64,000 nucleotides of DNA from Podarcis bocagei. Its lineage: Eukaryota. Shown here piece after piece: positions 14,501 through 26,500 of the stretch (position 1 is its first letter; each line of letters begins with the position of its first letter). The DNA lies in assembly GCA_964188305.1 (NCBI GenBank), contig OZ076885.1. One strand, 5' to 3'. A program made the position numbers and the translations under genes. Below the pieces are notes generated by a model, which searched no databases, was not told the DNA's origin, and saw only the letters and a list, made by a program, of their open reading frames with translations.

Positions 14501-17500
14501 CTTAGAAAGACACCATCTCCACTACCAAGGGTTCTTGTCCTACTGGAAGAGGAAAACCCATCTGGAGGCAAAATGGGGTGTTAGGGGGAGAGGCTGTTTC
14601 TCAATGGTAGAGCACATGGTGTGCATGCAAAAGGTCCCATGTTTAATCCTTAGCAACTCTAGATAGCCCCAGGGAAGACTCCTATATGAAACCCTGAGGA
14701 GTCATTAGCAGTCAACAAGGACAAGAGTGAGATAAATAGACCCATAGTCTGCCTTGGTATAAGCCAGCTTGCTATGTTTTAGAAAAGTGAGGCAAACAAG
14801 AACATTTGGAATGGACTTGAGATTTCTCCATATATGACTGTGTGGCAGGGGTAGGCAACCTGTAGCCTACCCAAAGTTGTTGAATTCCAGTTCCCACCAG
14901 TTCCAACCACCAGTGGTCAGGGATAATGAGACTTTGAATCCAGTAACATCAAGATCCCCATCCATTTTCAGTGAGAACAATAGCACAAATAAGATCTATA
15001 ACAAGAGAGTTGATTGTGACCAAGTGCATGTTCACATGACAGCTCCTCATACCTCCCAAAACAGTGGTGCTCATACAGCATGAATTGTGGGCAAAAGTCC
15101 CTGGGGTAGTCAGGATTTTCTTTTCAACATAGACACCTCGTTCACCAAGAGAGGATTCATTTGATGGTTTTTAAGAGGGGTGAAAATGGAGTGAGAGAGG
15201 CATTTGGTAGCCAACAGCTTTCCCCAACATGGAGCCCTTTTGATGTTTAGGGCTACAGCCTCTCATCAGCTAGCAAAAGCTATCCCCAATGTATGTATGA
15301 AAACAATGATAATTACCTTTCTTGGTGGATCAATATTAGGGCAACCTGTTACAGGAGTTGTGGGGGTTGATACAGCTGCAGTAGTGTATACTCTGGTTGA
15401 TGGAACAACAGTAGTGGGTGACGGAGAAGGCTGGGTTCCTGCAGTTGTAACTGATGGTGTTGATGGGTGGGAAGGAGTTGTTGAAGGACATGGTCCCTGG
15501 AACACCTCAATTTCACAGCTTCTGTTGCAAACTGCATAAAAACTGCATCCGGAACTATCAGTTCTATTGTATATTACTTCCCCTATTTTAAAAAAGGAGG
15601 GAATTTATCATAAAGCACCATGTACGAAAATTATAAAACAAAACATGTCATAACGTTCTAAAATGCAAATAAAGTTCAGATGAATTTGTCTACTGACATG
15701 CAGTGCAACTCTCAGCAGCAAGTCTGAGAAAGCATGCATTGGATTGTGTAATTTGTAGTGGGCAAGCTCCAACCCCACACCACCATGGGAGATCAGCAAG
15801 AGGTTCAGCCGAGGCTTGTGACTCACAATCCTAGGGAGTAAAAGGACATGTTGGCCACCTGTTAAAAGTAATGGCTGGCAGATAGTAGTAGATGTACATG
15901 AATATGAGTCAGTTGTAAAAGGGGATAGGGGATAGGTGAGAGATGGATCTATTGACATCTCTGTGGTTCAATACTGTTCAAAGAATGTATGGCATGAGAG
16001 AATTACAGAATTCATCTCAGCTAATACTTTTGTTCCCTAGGTTGTTAAAACATATAAAGCAGTGTAGAGTAAAACACAGATACATAAATTCAGTAAAGCA
16101 TTGAAAATATCAGCCCCAAACTTGCAAAAAACAAACAAAAAACCCAGATAAAGCAGGATTAATAAAATGATTTAAATGTAAATGTAAAAAGTAAGTAAAA
16201 AGGTTTCTACTCCTCCTCAAACTATACAGCAGAGCACCAAAGTAGACTCCCCTGTGGAGAGTGGTGCACAATCATGATGTAGGTATAAGGAAGGACGTAT
16301 GCTGAGCATATGTACAATCAAAGCAATATGTGAACGAAAACATTGCTTCAGCTGCTTTTCAAATTCATTAAGAGAAACTCACCAGGAGAAAACAAGCCCT
16401 TACTAAATCCGGGTACACGGCAGAAACATGGAGTTGTTCTGCTCAAAGTGACTGTTGTAGTTCCTGTTGTAGAAGGTATGGAAGTACTTGTTGCTGCTGA
16501 AGACACAATAGAAAAGAAATAAATGTATAACAGTTGTTACGTACTGCTTGAAGACATACTGCTGGAAATGGATGCTAAACACTGTAGATACTTAAGACTT
16601 CAGTGTACACTTCCAAAGCACCAACTGAAGCATAACAATTCAGAATTCCAACTGAGCTCAACCGGACTTACATGTATCTTTAGGGCTGGAGAATTTAACT
16701 TGATAATTGTACTACAAAAACCAGTTTAATGGATCAGATCAATACTTTGCTTACTTGATGTTCTTATTATACACCTACCATACTATCAAGAAACAGGGGA
16801 ATCCAGCTATATTCCTCCCAGTATCAAGAAACACACCCCTCCAGTCCAAAGGTGCTGTTAATAAAATTCCAAATATCTAGCCAGAGAGCTATCTACTACT
16901 TGTAATAGCATTGAAAACTTCTTTGAAAAATGCACACTGAGATCTAGGCAAACATTTTTGATAAGTTGCTAGCTGATAGACGCTAAGTTTCATAATTGGG
17001 ATACCAATTTTTGAAAAGGGTGGTATATGAAATAAGATCACCAAGCCCCCATTAATATGAAACAATTTGCTAACATTTGGCATTACACCTGTAATTGAGT
17101 AACATGTAATAAATTTAACTGTTGGAATATTTACCAAAGGTAACAAGATTTTCATACCAGGATATGCAGATTCATTCTGTAATTACCTGTTGTAACAACG
17201 ACCAAAGGCTTAGTGGAAAATGGCACTCTGGTAGGGACAGTTGCTGTTTCTACAGTAATCCCAGTAGTGGATATCGTCGACACAGGTTTGGAAACATGGG
17301 TAGATGGAAGAGATGTGGTTGAAACGGTGGAAGCCACTCCAGAAGTGATGGAAGGTGTGCTGACGGAGCCAGGGGTTGAGAAAGGGATGGTGGTCATGGG
17401 CTTTCCTGTTGTAATTCCAGGAGTGGTGGAAACAAGGGTGGTGCTTTGGGTGGTAGTGACTACAATGGGAGGTCGTGAAGAAGCTGTGTAGGATGCTGGA

Positions 17501-20500
17501 GTTGTGCTCTTGCCAGCAGTGCTGCCTGGTGTTTCTGTGGTTGTTGGCTTTCCTGTGGTTACTCCTGGAGTTGTAGAAACAAGAGTGGAGCGTTGGGTGG
17601 TGGTAAATACAATGGGAGGTGGCGTAGAAACCGTGGAGGATGCTGGAGTTGTGCTTTTGCCTGCCGTGCTGCCAGGTTTTTCTGTGGTAGAAGCAGCAGG
17701 TGTGCTTAGTGGTGTTGTGCTAGGATGGCAGGGCTTGTATTCACAGCACTGGTATCTAACCTGGAAGTTATAACACATCTTGTCTGTTTGCTTTGAATTT
17801 TCGCACAAAAGTCCAACATGGAGGTTACATTGCACTTCCTGACCAAGCAGATACAGGCTGACATCAGGGTGATTCTCAGCTCTGCATTCAATGTCTTGTG
17901 GATGTTTGCAAATATTTCCTCCAGCTTTTCGGATGGTCTCAAAATTCTCTATATCGCCATCATCTGGACTGCTGGTAGGACGGTGCAAATCATACCAGGA
18001 GGTCCAGTTACACTTTGGGAGGCACACAGTAGAGGTACTTTCTAGCGTAGTGGTAACAAGGGGAGCCAGGGTGGTTGTTGTGGTCAGCAGGCCTGGAGGG
18101 GTTTGTTCAGTGGTCCCGGTGGTGGGTATTGATGAGGAAGACTTGGAAACAGGAGTGGACTGGAGTGTTGTGGCTGTCACAGTGGGGACCACTCCAGTGG
18201 AGACAGCAGCAGTGCTGACTGAGCCTGGTGTTGTGAAAGGAAGGGTGGAAAGCGGCGTTGAGTGGGTGGTGGTGGTTGGCTTTCTTGTTGTAACTCCTGG
18301 AGTTGTCGGAACAAGGGTGGTGCTTTCGGTGGTGGTGAATACAACGGGAGGTGGCGTAGAGCCCGTGGAGGATGCTGGAGCCGTGCTCTTGCCTGCCGTG
18401 CTGCCTGGTGTTTCTGTGGTTGTTGGCTTTCCTGTGGTTACTCCTGGTGTTGTGGAAACAAGGGTGGTGCTTTCGGTGGTGGTATGGACAACAGGAGGTG
18501 GCGTAGAGCCCGTGGAGGATGCTGGAACCGTGCTCTTGCCCACCGTGCTACCTGGGGCTTCTGTGGTGGTGGCACTTGTTGTGACTAGTGGCGCTGGCGT
18601 GGTTTCACAGTGCTTGTAGTCGCAACACAGTGCTCTCATCTCATAGTCGTAACACATCTTGTACTTCCCTGTCTGTTTGGCATTCTCACAAAGGAGTCCA
18701 GTGTTGATATCGCAGATCATGTTCTGTCCAAGTTCAGATGCGCTGAGCTCTGGGTAGTCCACTCCTCTGCACTCCACCTTTTGAGGGTGCTCGCAGATGG
18801 TACCGCCCGATGCCTGGATGCTCTTAATGTCCTCACGATCGCCATCCCCAGGGTCGGAGCTTGGAGTGTGAAAACTGAACCAAGAGGTCCACTGGCACTT
18901 GGGTTGGCAACCGGTAGTGGTGCTTCCTGGCGTAGTGGTAACAAGGGGAGCCAGGGTGGTTGTTGTGGTCAGCAGGCCTGGAGGGGTTTGTTCAGTGGTC
19001 CCGGTGGTGGGTATTGTTGAGGAAGGCTTGGAAACAGGAGTGGACTGGAGTGTTGTGGCTGTCACAGTGGGGACCACTCCAGTGGAGACGGCAGCAGTGC
19101 TGACTGAGCCTGGTGTTGTGAGAGGGAGGGTGGAAAGCGGCGTTGAGTGGGTGGTGGTGGTTGGCTTTCTTGTTGTAACTCCTGGAGTTGTCGGAACAAG
19201 GGTGGTGCTTTCGGTGGTGGTGAATACAACGGGAGGTGGCGTAGAGCCCGTGGAGGATGCTGGAGCCGTGCTCTTGCCTGCCGTGCTGCCTGGTGTTTCT
19301 GTGGTGGTTGGCTTTCCTGTGGTTACTCCTGGTGTTGTGGAAACAAGGGTGGTGCTTTCGGTGGTGGTATGGACAACAGGAGGTGGCGTAGAGCCCGTGG
19401 AGGATGCTGGAGCCGTGCTCTTGCCCACCGTGCTACCTGGGGCTTCTGTGGTGGTGGCACTTGTTGTGACCAGTGGCGCTGGCGTGGTTTCACAGTGCTT
19501 GTAGTCGCAACACAGTGCTCTCATCTCATAGTCGTAACACATCTTGTACTTCCCTGTCTGTTTGGCATTCTCACAAAGGAGTCCAGTGTTGATATCGCAG
19601 ATCATGTTCTGTCCAAGTTCAGATGCGCTGAGCTCTGGGTAGTCCACTCCTCTGCACTCCACCTTTTGAGGGTGCTCGCAGATGGTACCGCCCGATGCCT
19701 GGATGCTCTTAATGTCCTCGCGATCGCCATCCCCAGGGTCAGAGCTTGGAGTGTGAAAACTGAACCAAGAGGTCCACTGGCATTTGGGTTGGCAACCGGT
19801 AGTGGTGCTTCCTGGCGTAGTGGTAACAAGGGGAGCCAGGGTGGTTGTTGTGGTCAGCAGGCCTGGAGGGGTTTGTTCAGTGGTCCCGGTGGTGGGTATT
19901 GTTGAGGAAGGCTTGGAAACAGGAGTGGACTGGAGTGTTGTGGCTGTCACAGTGGGGACCACTCCAGTGGAGACGGCAGCAGTGCTGACTGAGCCTGGTG
20001 TTGTGAGAGGGAGGGTGGAAAGCGGCGTTGAGTGGGTGGTGGTGGTTGGCTTTCTTGTTGTAACTCCTGGAGTTGTCGGAACAAGGGTGGTGCTTTCGGT
20101 GGTGGTGAATACAACGGGAGGTGGCGTAGAGCCCGTGGAGGATGCTGGAGCCGTGCTCTTGCCTGCCGTGCTGCCTGGTGTTTCTGTGGTGGTTGGCTTT
20201 CCTGTGGTTACTCCTGGTGTTGTGGAAACAAGGGTGGTGCTTTCGGTGGTGGTATGGACAACAGGAGGTGGCGTAGAGCCCGTGGAGGATGCTGGAGCCG
20301 TGCTCTTGCCCACCGTGCTACCTGGGGCTTCTGTGGTGGTGGCACTTGTTGTGACCAGTGGCGCTGGCGTGGTTTCACAGTGCTTGTAGTCGCAACACAG
20401 TGCTCTCATCTCATAGTCGTAACACATCTTGTACTTCCCTGTCTGTTTGGCATTCTCACAAAGGAGTCCAGTGTTGATATCGCAGATCATGTTCTGTCCA

Positions 20501-23500
20501 AGTTCAGATGCGCTGAGCTCTGGGTAGTCCACTCCTCTGCACTCCACCTTTTGAGGGTGCTCGCAGATGGTACCGCCCGATGCCTGGATGCTCTTAATGT
20601 CCTCACGATCGCCATCCCCAGGGTCGGAGCTTGGAGTGTGAAAACTGAACCAAGAGGTCCACTGGCATTTGGGTTGGCAACCGGTAGTGGTGCTTCCTGG
20701 CGTAGTGGTAACAAGGGGAGCCAGGGTGGTTGTTGTGGTCAGCAGGCCTGGAGGGGTTTGTTCAGTGGTCCCGGTGGTGGGTATTGTTGAGGAAGGCTTG
20801 GAAACAGGAGTGGACTGGAGTGTTGTGGCTGTCACAGTGGGGACCACTCCAGTGGAGACGGCAGCAGTGCTGACTGAGCCTGGTGTTGTGAGAGCGAGGG
20901 TGGAAAGCGGCGTTGAGTGGGTGGTGGTGGTTGGCTTTCTTGTTGTAACTCCTGGAGTTGTCGGAACAAGGGTGGTGCTTTCGGTGGTGGTGAATACAAC
21001 AGGAGGTGGCGTAGAGCCCGTGGAGGATGCTGGAGCCGTGCTCTTGCCTGCCGTGCTGCCTGGTGTTTCTGTGGTGGTTGGCTTTCCTGTGGTTACTCCT
21101 GGTGTTGTGGAAACAAGGGTGGTGCTTTCGGTGGTGGTATGGACAACAGGAGGTGGCGTAGAGCCCGTGGAGGATGCTGGAGCCGTGCTCTTGCCCACCG
21201 TGCTACCTGGGGCTTCTGTGGTGGTGGCACTTGTTGTGACCAGTGGCGCTGGCGTGGTTTCACAGTGCTTGTAGTCGCAACACAGTGCTCTCATCTCATA
21301 GTCGTAACACATCTTGTACTTCCCTGTCTGTTTGGCATTCTCACAAAGGAGTCCAGTGTTGATATCGCAGATCATGTTCTGTCCAAGTTCAGATGCGCTG
21401 AGCTCTGGGTAGTCCACTCCTCTGCACTCCACCTTTTGAGGGTGCTCGCAGATGGTACCGCCCGATGCCTGGATGCTCTTAATGTCCTCGCGATCGCCAT
21501 CCCCAGGGTCGGAGCTTGGAGTGTGAAAACTGAACCAAGAGGTCCACTGGCATTTGGGTTGGCAACCGGTAGTGGTGCTTCCTGGCGTAGTGGTAACAAG
21601 GGAAGCCAGGGTGGTTGTTGTGGTCAGCAGGCCTGGAGGGGTTTGTTCAGTGGTCCCGGTGGTGGGTATTGTTGAGGAAGGCTTGGAAACAGGAGTGGAC
21701 TGGAGTGTTGTGGCTGTCACAGTGGGGACCACTCCAGTGGAGACGGCAGCAGTGCTGACTGAGCCTGGTGTTGTGAGAGGGAGGGTGGAAAGCGGCGTTG
21801 AGTGGGTAGTGGTGGTTGGCTTTCTTGTTGTAACTCCTGGAGTTGTCGGAACAAGGGTGGTGCTTTCGGTGGTGGTGAATACAACGGGAGGTGGCGTAGA
21901 GCCCGTGGAGGATGCTGGAGCCGTGCTCTTGCCTGCCGTGCTGCCTGGTGTTTCTGTGGTGGTTGGCTTTCCTGTGGTTACTCCTGGTGTTGTGGAAACA
22001 AGGGTGGTGCTTTCGGTGGTGGTATGGACAACAGGAGGTGGCGTAGAGCCCGTGGAGGATGCTGGAGCCGTGCTCTTGCCCACCGTGCTACCTGGGGCTT
22101 CTGTGGTGGTGGCACTTGTTGTGACCAGTGGCGCTGGCGTGGTTTCACAGTGCTTGTAGTCGCAACACAGTGCTCTCATCTCATAGTCGTAACACATCTT
22201 GTACTTCCCTGTCTGTTTGGCATTCTCACAAAGGAGTCCAGTGTTGATATCGCAGATCATGTTCTGTCCAAGTTCAGATGCGCTGAGCTCTGGGTAGTCC
22301 ACTCCTCTGCACTCCACCTTTTGAGGGTGCTCGCAGATGGTACCGCCCGATGCCTGGATGCTCTTAATGTCCTCACGATCGCCATCCCCAGGGTCGGAGC
22401 TTGGAGTGTGAAAACTGAACCAAGAGGTCCACTGGCATTTGGGTTGGCAACCGGTAGTGGTGCTTCCTGGCGTAGTGGTAACAAGGGGAGCCAGGGTGGT
22501 TGTTGTGGTCAGCAGGCCTGGAGGGGTTTGTTCAGTGGTCCCGGTGGTGGGTATTGTTGAGGAAGGCTTGGAAACAGGAGTGGACTGGAGTGTTGTGGCT
22601 GTCACAGTGGGGACCACTCCAGTGGAGACGGCAGCAGTGCTGACTGAGCCTGGTGTTGTGAGAGGGAGGGTGGAAAGCGGCGTTGAGTGGGTGGTGGTGG
22701 TTGGCTTTCTTGTTGTAACTCCTGGAGTTGTCGGAACAAGGGTGGTGCTTTCGGTGGTGGTGAATACAACGGGAGGTGGCGTAGAGCCCGTGGAGGATGC
22801 TGGAGCCGTGCTCTTGCCTGCCGTGCTGCCTGGTGTTTCTGTGGTGGTTGGCTTTCCTGTGGTTACTCCTGGTGTTGTGGAAACAAGGGTGGTGCTTTCG
22901 GTGGTGGTATGGACAACAGGAGGTGGCGTAGAGCCCGTGGAGGATGCTGGAGCCGTGCTCTTGCCCACCGTGCTACCTGGGGCTTCTGTGGTGGTGGCAC
23001 TTGTTGTGACCAGTGGCGCTGGCGTGGTTTCACAGTGCTTGTAGTCGCAACACAGTGCTCTCATCTCATAGTCGTAACACATCTTGTACTTCCCTGTCTG
23101 TTTGGCATTCTCACAAAGGAGTCCAGTGTTGATATCGCAGATCATGTTCTGTCCAAGTTCAGATGCGCTGAGCTCTGGGTAGTCCACTCCTCTGCACTCC
23201 ACCTTTTGAGGGTGCTCGCAGATGGTACCGCCCGATGCCTGGATGCTCTTAATGTCCTCACGATCGCCATCCCCAGGGTCGGAGCTTGGAGTGTGAAAAC
23301 TGAACCAAGAGGTCCACTGGCATTTGGGTTGGCAACCGGTAGTGGTGCTTCCTGGCGTAGTGGTAACAAGGGGAGCCAGGGTGGTTGTTGTGGTCAGCAG
23401 GCCTGGAGGGGTTTGTTCAGTGGTCCCGGTGGTGGGTATTGTTGAGGAAGGCTTGGAAACAGGAGTGGACTGGAGTGTTGTGGCTGTCACAGTGGGGACC

Positions 23501-26500
23501 ACTCCAGTGGAGACGGCAGGAGTGCTGACTGAGCCTGGTGTTGTGAGAGGGAGGGTGGAAAGCGGCGTTGAGTGGGTGGTGGTGGTTGGCTTTCTTGTTG
23601 TAACTCCTGGAGTTGTCGGAACAAGGGTGGTGCTTTCGGTGGTGGTGAATACAACGGGAGGTGGCGTAGAGCCCGTGGAGGATGCTGGAGCCGTGCTCTT
23701 GCCCACCGTGCTACCTGGGGCTTCTGTGGTGGTGGCACTTGTTGTGACCAGTGGCGCTGGCGTGGTTTCACAGTGCTTGTAGTCGCAACACAGTGCTCTC
23801 ATCTCATAGTCGTAACACATCTTGTACTTCCCTGTCTGTTTGGCATTCTCACAAAGGAGTCCAGTGTTGATATCGCAGATCATGTTCTGTCCAAGTTCAG
23901 ATGCGCTGAGCTCTGGGTAGTCCACTCCTCTGCACTCCACCTTTTGAGGGTGCTCGCAGATGGTACCGCCCGATGCCTGGATGCTCTTAATGTCCTCACG
24001 ATCGCCATCCCCAGGGTCGGAGCTTGGAGTGTGAAAACTGAACCAAGAGGTCCACTGGCATTTGGGTTGGCAACCGGTAGTGGTGCTTCCTGGCGTAGTG
24101 GTAACAAGGGGAGCCAGGGTGGTTGTTGTGGTCAGCAGGCCTGGAGGGGTTTGTTCAGTGGTCCCGGTGGTGGGTATTGTTGAGGAAGGCTTGGAAACAG
24201 GAGTGGACTGGAGTGTTGTGGCTGTCACAGTGGGGACCACTCCAGTGGAGACGGCAGCAGTGCTGACTGAGCCTGGTGTTGTGAGAGGGAGGGTGGAAAG
24301 CGGCGTTGAGTGGGTGGTGGTGGTTGGCTTTCTTGTTGTAACTCCTGGAGTTGTCGGAACAAGGGTGGTGCTTTCGGTGGTGGTGAATACAACGGGAGGT
24401 GGCGTAGAGCCCGTGGAGGATGCTGGAGCCGTGCTCTTGCCCACCGTGCTACCTGGGGCTTCTGTGGTGGTGGCACTTGTTGTGACCAGTGGCGCTGGCG
24501 TGGTTTCACAGTGCTTGTAGTCGCAACACAGTGCTCTCATCTCATAGTCGTAACACATCTTGTACTTCCCTGTCTGTTTGGCATTCTCACAAAGGAGTCC
24601 AGTGTTGATATCGCAGATCATGTTCTGTCCAAGTTCAGATGCGCTGAGCTCTGGGTAGTCCACTCCCCTGCACTCCACCTTTTGAGGGTGCTCGCAGATG
24701 GTACCGCCCGATGCCTGGATGCTCTTAATGTCCTCGCGATCGCCATCCCCAGGGTCAGAGCTTGGAGTGTGAAAACTGAACCAAGATGTCCACTGGCATT
24801 TGGGTTGGCAACCGGTAGTGGTGCTTCCTGGCGTAGTGGTAACAAGGGGAGCCAGGGTGGTTGTTGTGGTCAGCAGGCCTGGAGGGGTTTGTTCAGTGGT
24901 CCCGGTGGTGGGTATTGTTGAGGAAGGCTTGGAAACAGGAGTGGACTGGAGTGTTGTGGCTGTCACAGTGGGGACCACTCCAGTGGAGACGGCAGCAGTG
25001 CTGACTGAGCCTGGTGTTGTGAGAGGGAGGGTGGAAAGCGGCGTTGAGTGGGTGGTGGTGGTTGGCTTTCTTGTTGTAACTCCTGGAGTTGTCGGAACAA
25101 GGGTGGTGCTTTCGGTGGTGGTGAATACAACAGGAGGTGGCGTAGAGCCCGTGGAGGATGCTGGAGCCGTGCTCTTGCCTGCCGTGCTGCCTGGTGTTTT
25201 TGTGGTTGTTGGCTTTCCTGTGGTTACTCCTGGTGTTGTGGAAACAAGGGTGGTGCTTTCGGTGGTGGTATGGACAACAGGAGGTGGCGTAGAGCCCGTG
25301 GAGGATGCTGGAGCCGTGCTCTTGCCCACCGTGCTACCTGGGGCTTCTGTGGTGGTGGCACTTGTTGTGACCAGTGGCGCTGGCGTGGTTTCACAGTGCT
25401 TGTAGTCGCAACACAGTGCTCTCATCTCATAGTCGTAACATATCTTGTACTTCCCTGTCTGTTTGGCATTCTCACAAAGGAGTCCAGTGTTGATATCGCA
25501 GATCATGTTCTGTCCAAGTTCAGATGCGCTGAGCTCTGGGTAGTCCACTCCTCTGCACTCCACCTTTTGAGGGTGCTCGCAGATGGTACCGCCCGATGCC
25601 TGGATGCTCTTAATGTCCTCGTGATCGCCATCTCCAGGGTCGGAGCTTGGAGTGTGAAAACTGAACCAAGAGGTCCACTGGCATTTGGGTTGGCAACCGG
25701 TAGTGGTGCTTCCTGCCGTAGTGGTAACAAGGGGTGTCAGGGTGGTTGTTATGCCACCTGTCACTTTAGATGTAGTTCTGGATCCTGCTGTTGTTATTTC
25801 TGGTGTTGCTGGAGTTGTTGATGCACCACATGGTGTGTATAGGCAGCATAGGAACCTGATTTCAAAATTCAGGCAGATTGGTGGTGTCTGATCCTTATTG
25901 TTGCATATCAAACCGTTAGACTTGGAACATTGTACTTTTTGTCCGAGGGTTTCTATGCTTTCATTAGGAAAGCGCTGAGCTCTGCATTCCACTTCATCTG
26001 GCATTTTACATACTTTGTTTCCTCTATCTCTTATTTTCTCTGGTGTTTCATAATCCCCATTGTCTTGTCCAAATTTAGGGTAGCTGACATCATACCATTC
26101 TGTCCATTCACATGTTCTATGGACACATACTGTTGTTTGCGCTGTAGTGGATTCTGTAAGAAACAACACCACTGGTTATTTTAATCCGGTTTATTTAGAT
26201 TATAAATCTCCCTATCTGTTATCTGCCTCCTCTCTCCTTCTCCCATGTAACCTCTCTCCCAAGTTTTTTCTGTAGATGAGGCAGGGATTGGGGGGCGGGG
26301 GGAACCAGAAGAGCACATTGGTGGAAGTGGATCATTCCATCTGGGGAGCTGCCATGCTTGAGCCGATTGAACCTTCAACTTAACTTTATGTTGATTTCCA
26401 TCTTGTATATTTTTATTTTAAAATAATATATGCAACATGTAACAAAAAATATGAATATGGTATATTTGGGGATGTTTTCCTATATTATAGAAGATTTGTA

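Noticed and set aside
18045-25745. Regular repeat array as CRISPR-like or mobile-element array
   Set aside because: No unique spacers or termini; it is an in-frame coding tandem repeat in a vertebrate gene
17213-25891. Repeated plus-strand ORFs of 150-257 aa (Val/Gly-rich, Gly/Cys/Trp-rich) and 75-aa alternative-frame ORFs
   Set aside because: Antisense or alternative-frame shadows of the Thr/Ser/Pro codon-biased mucin repeat; no independent gene signals
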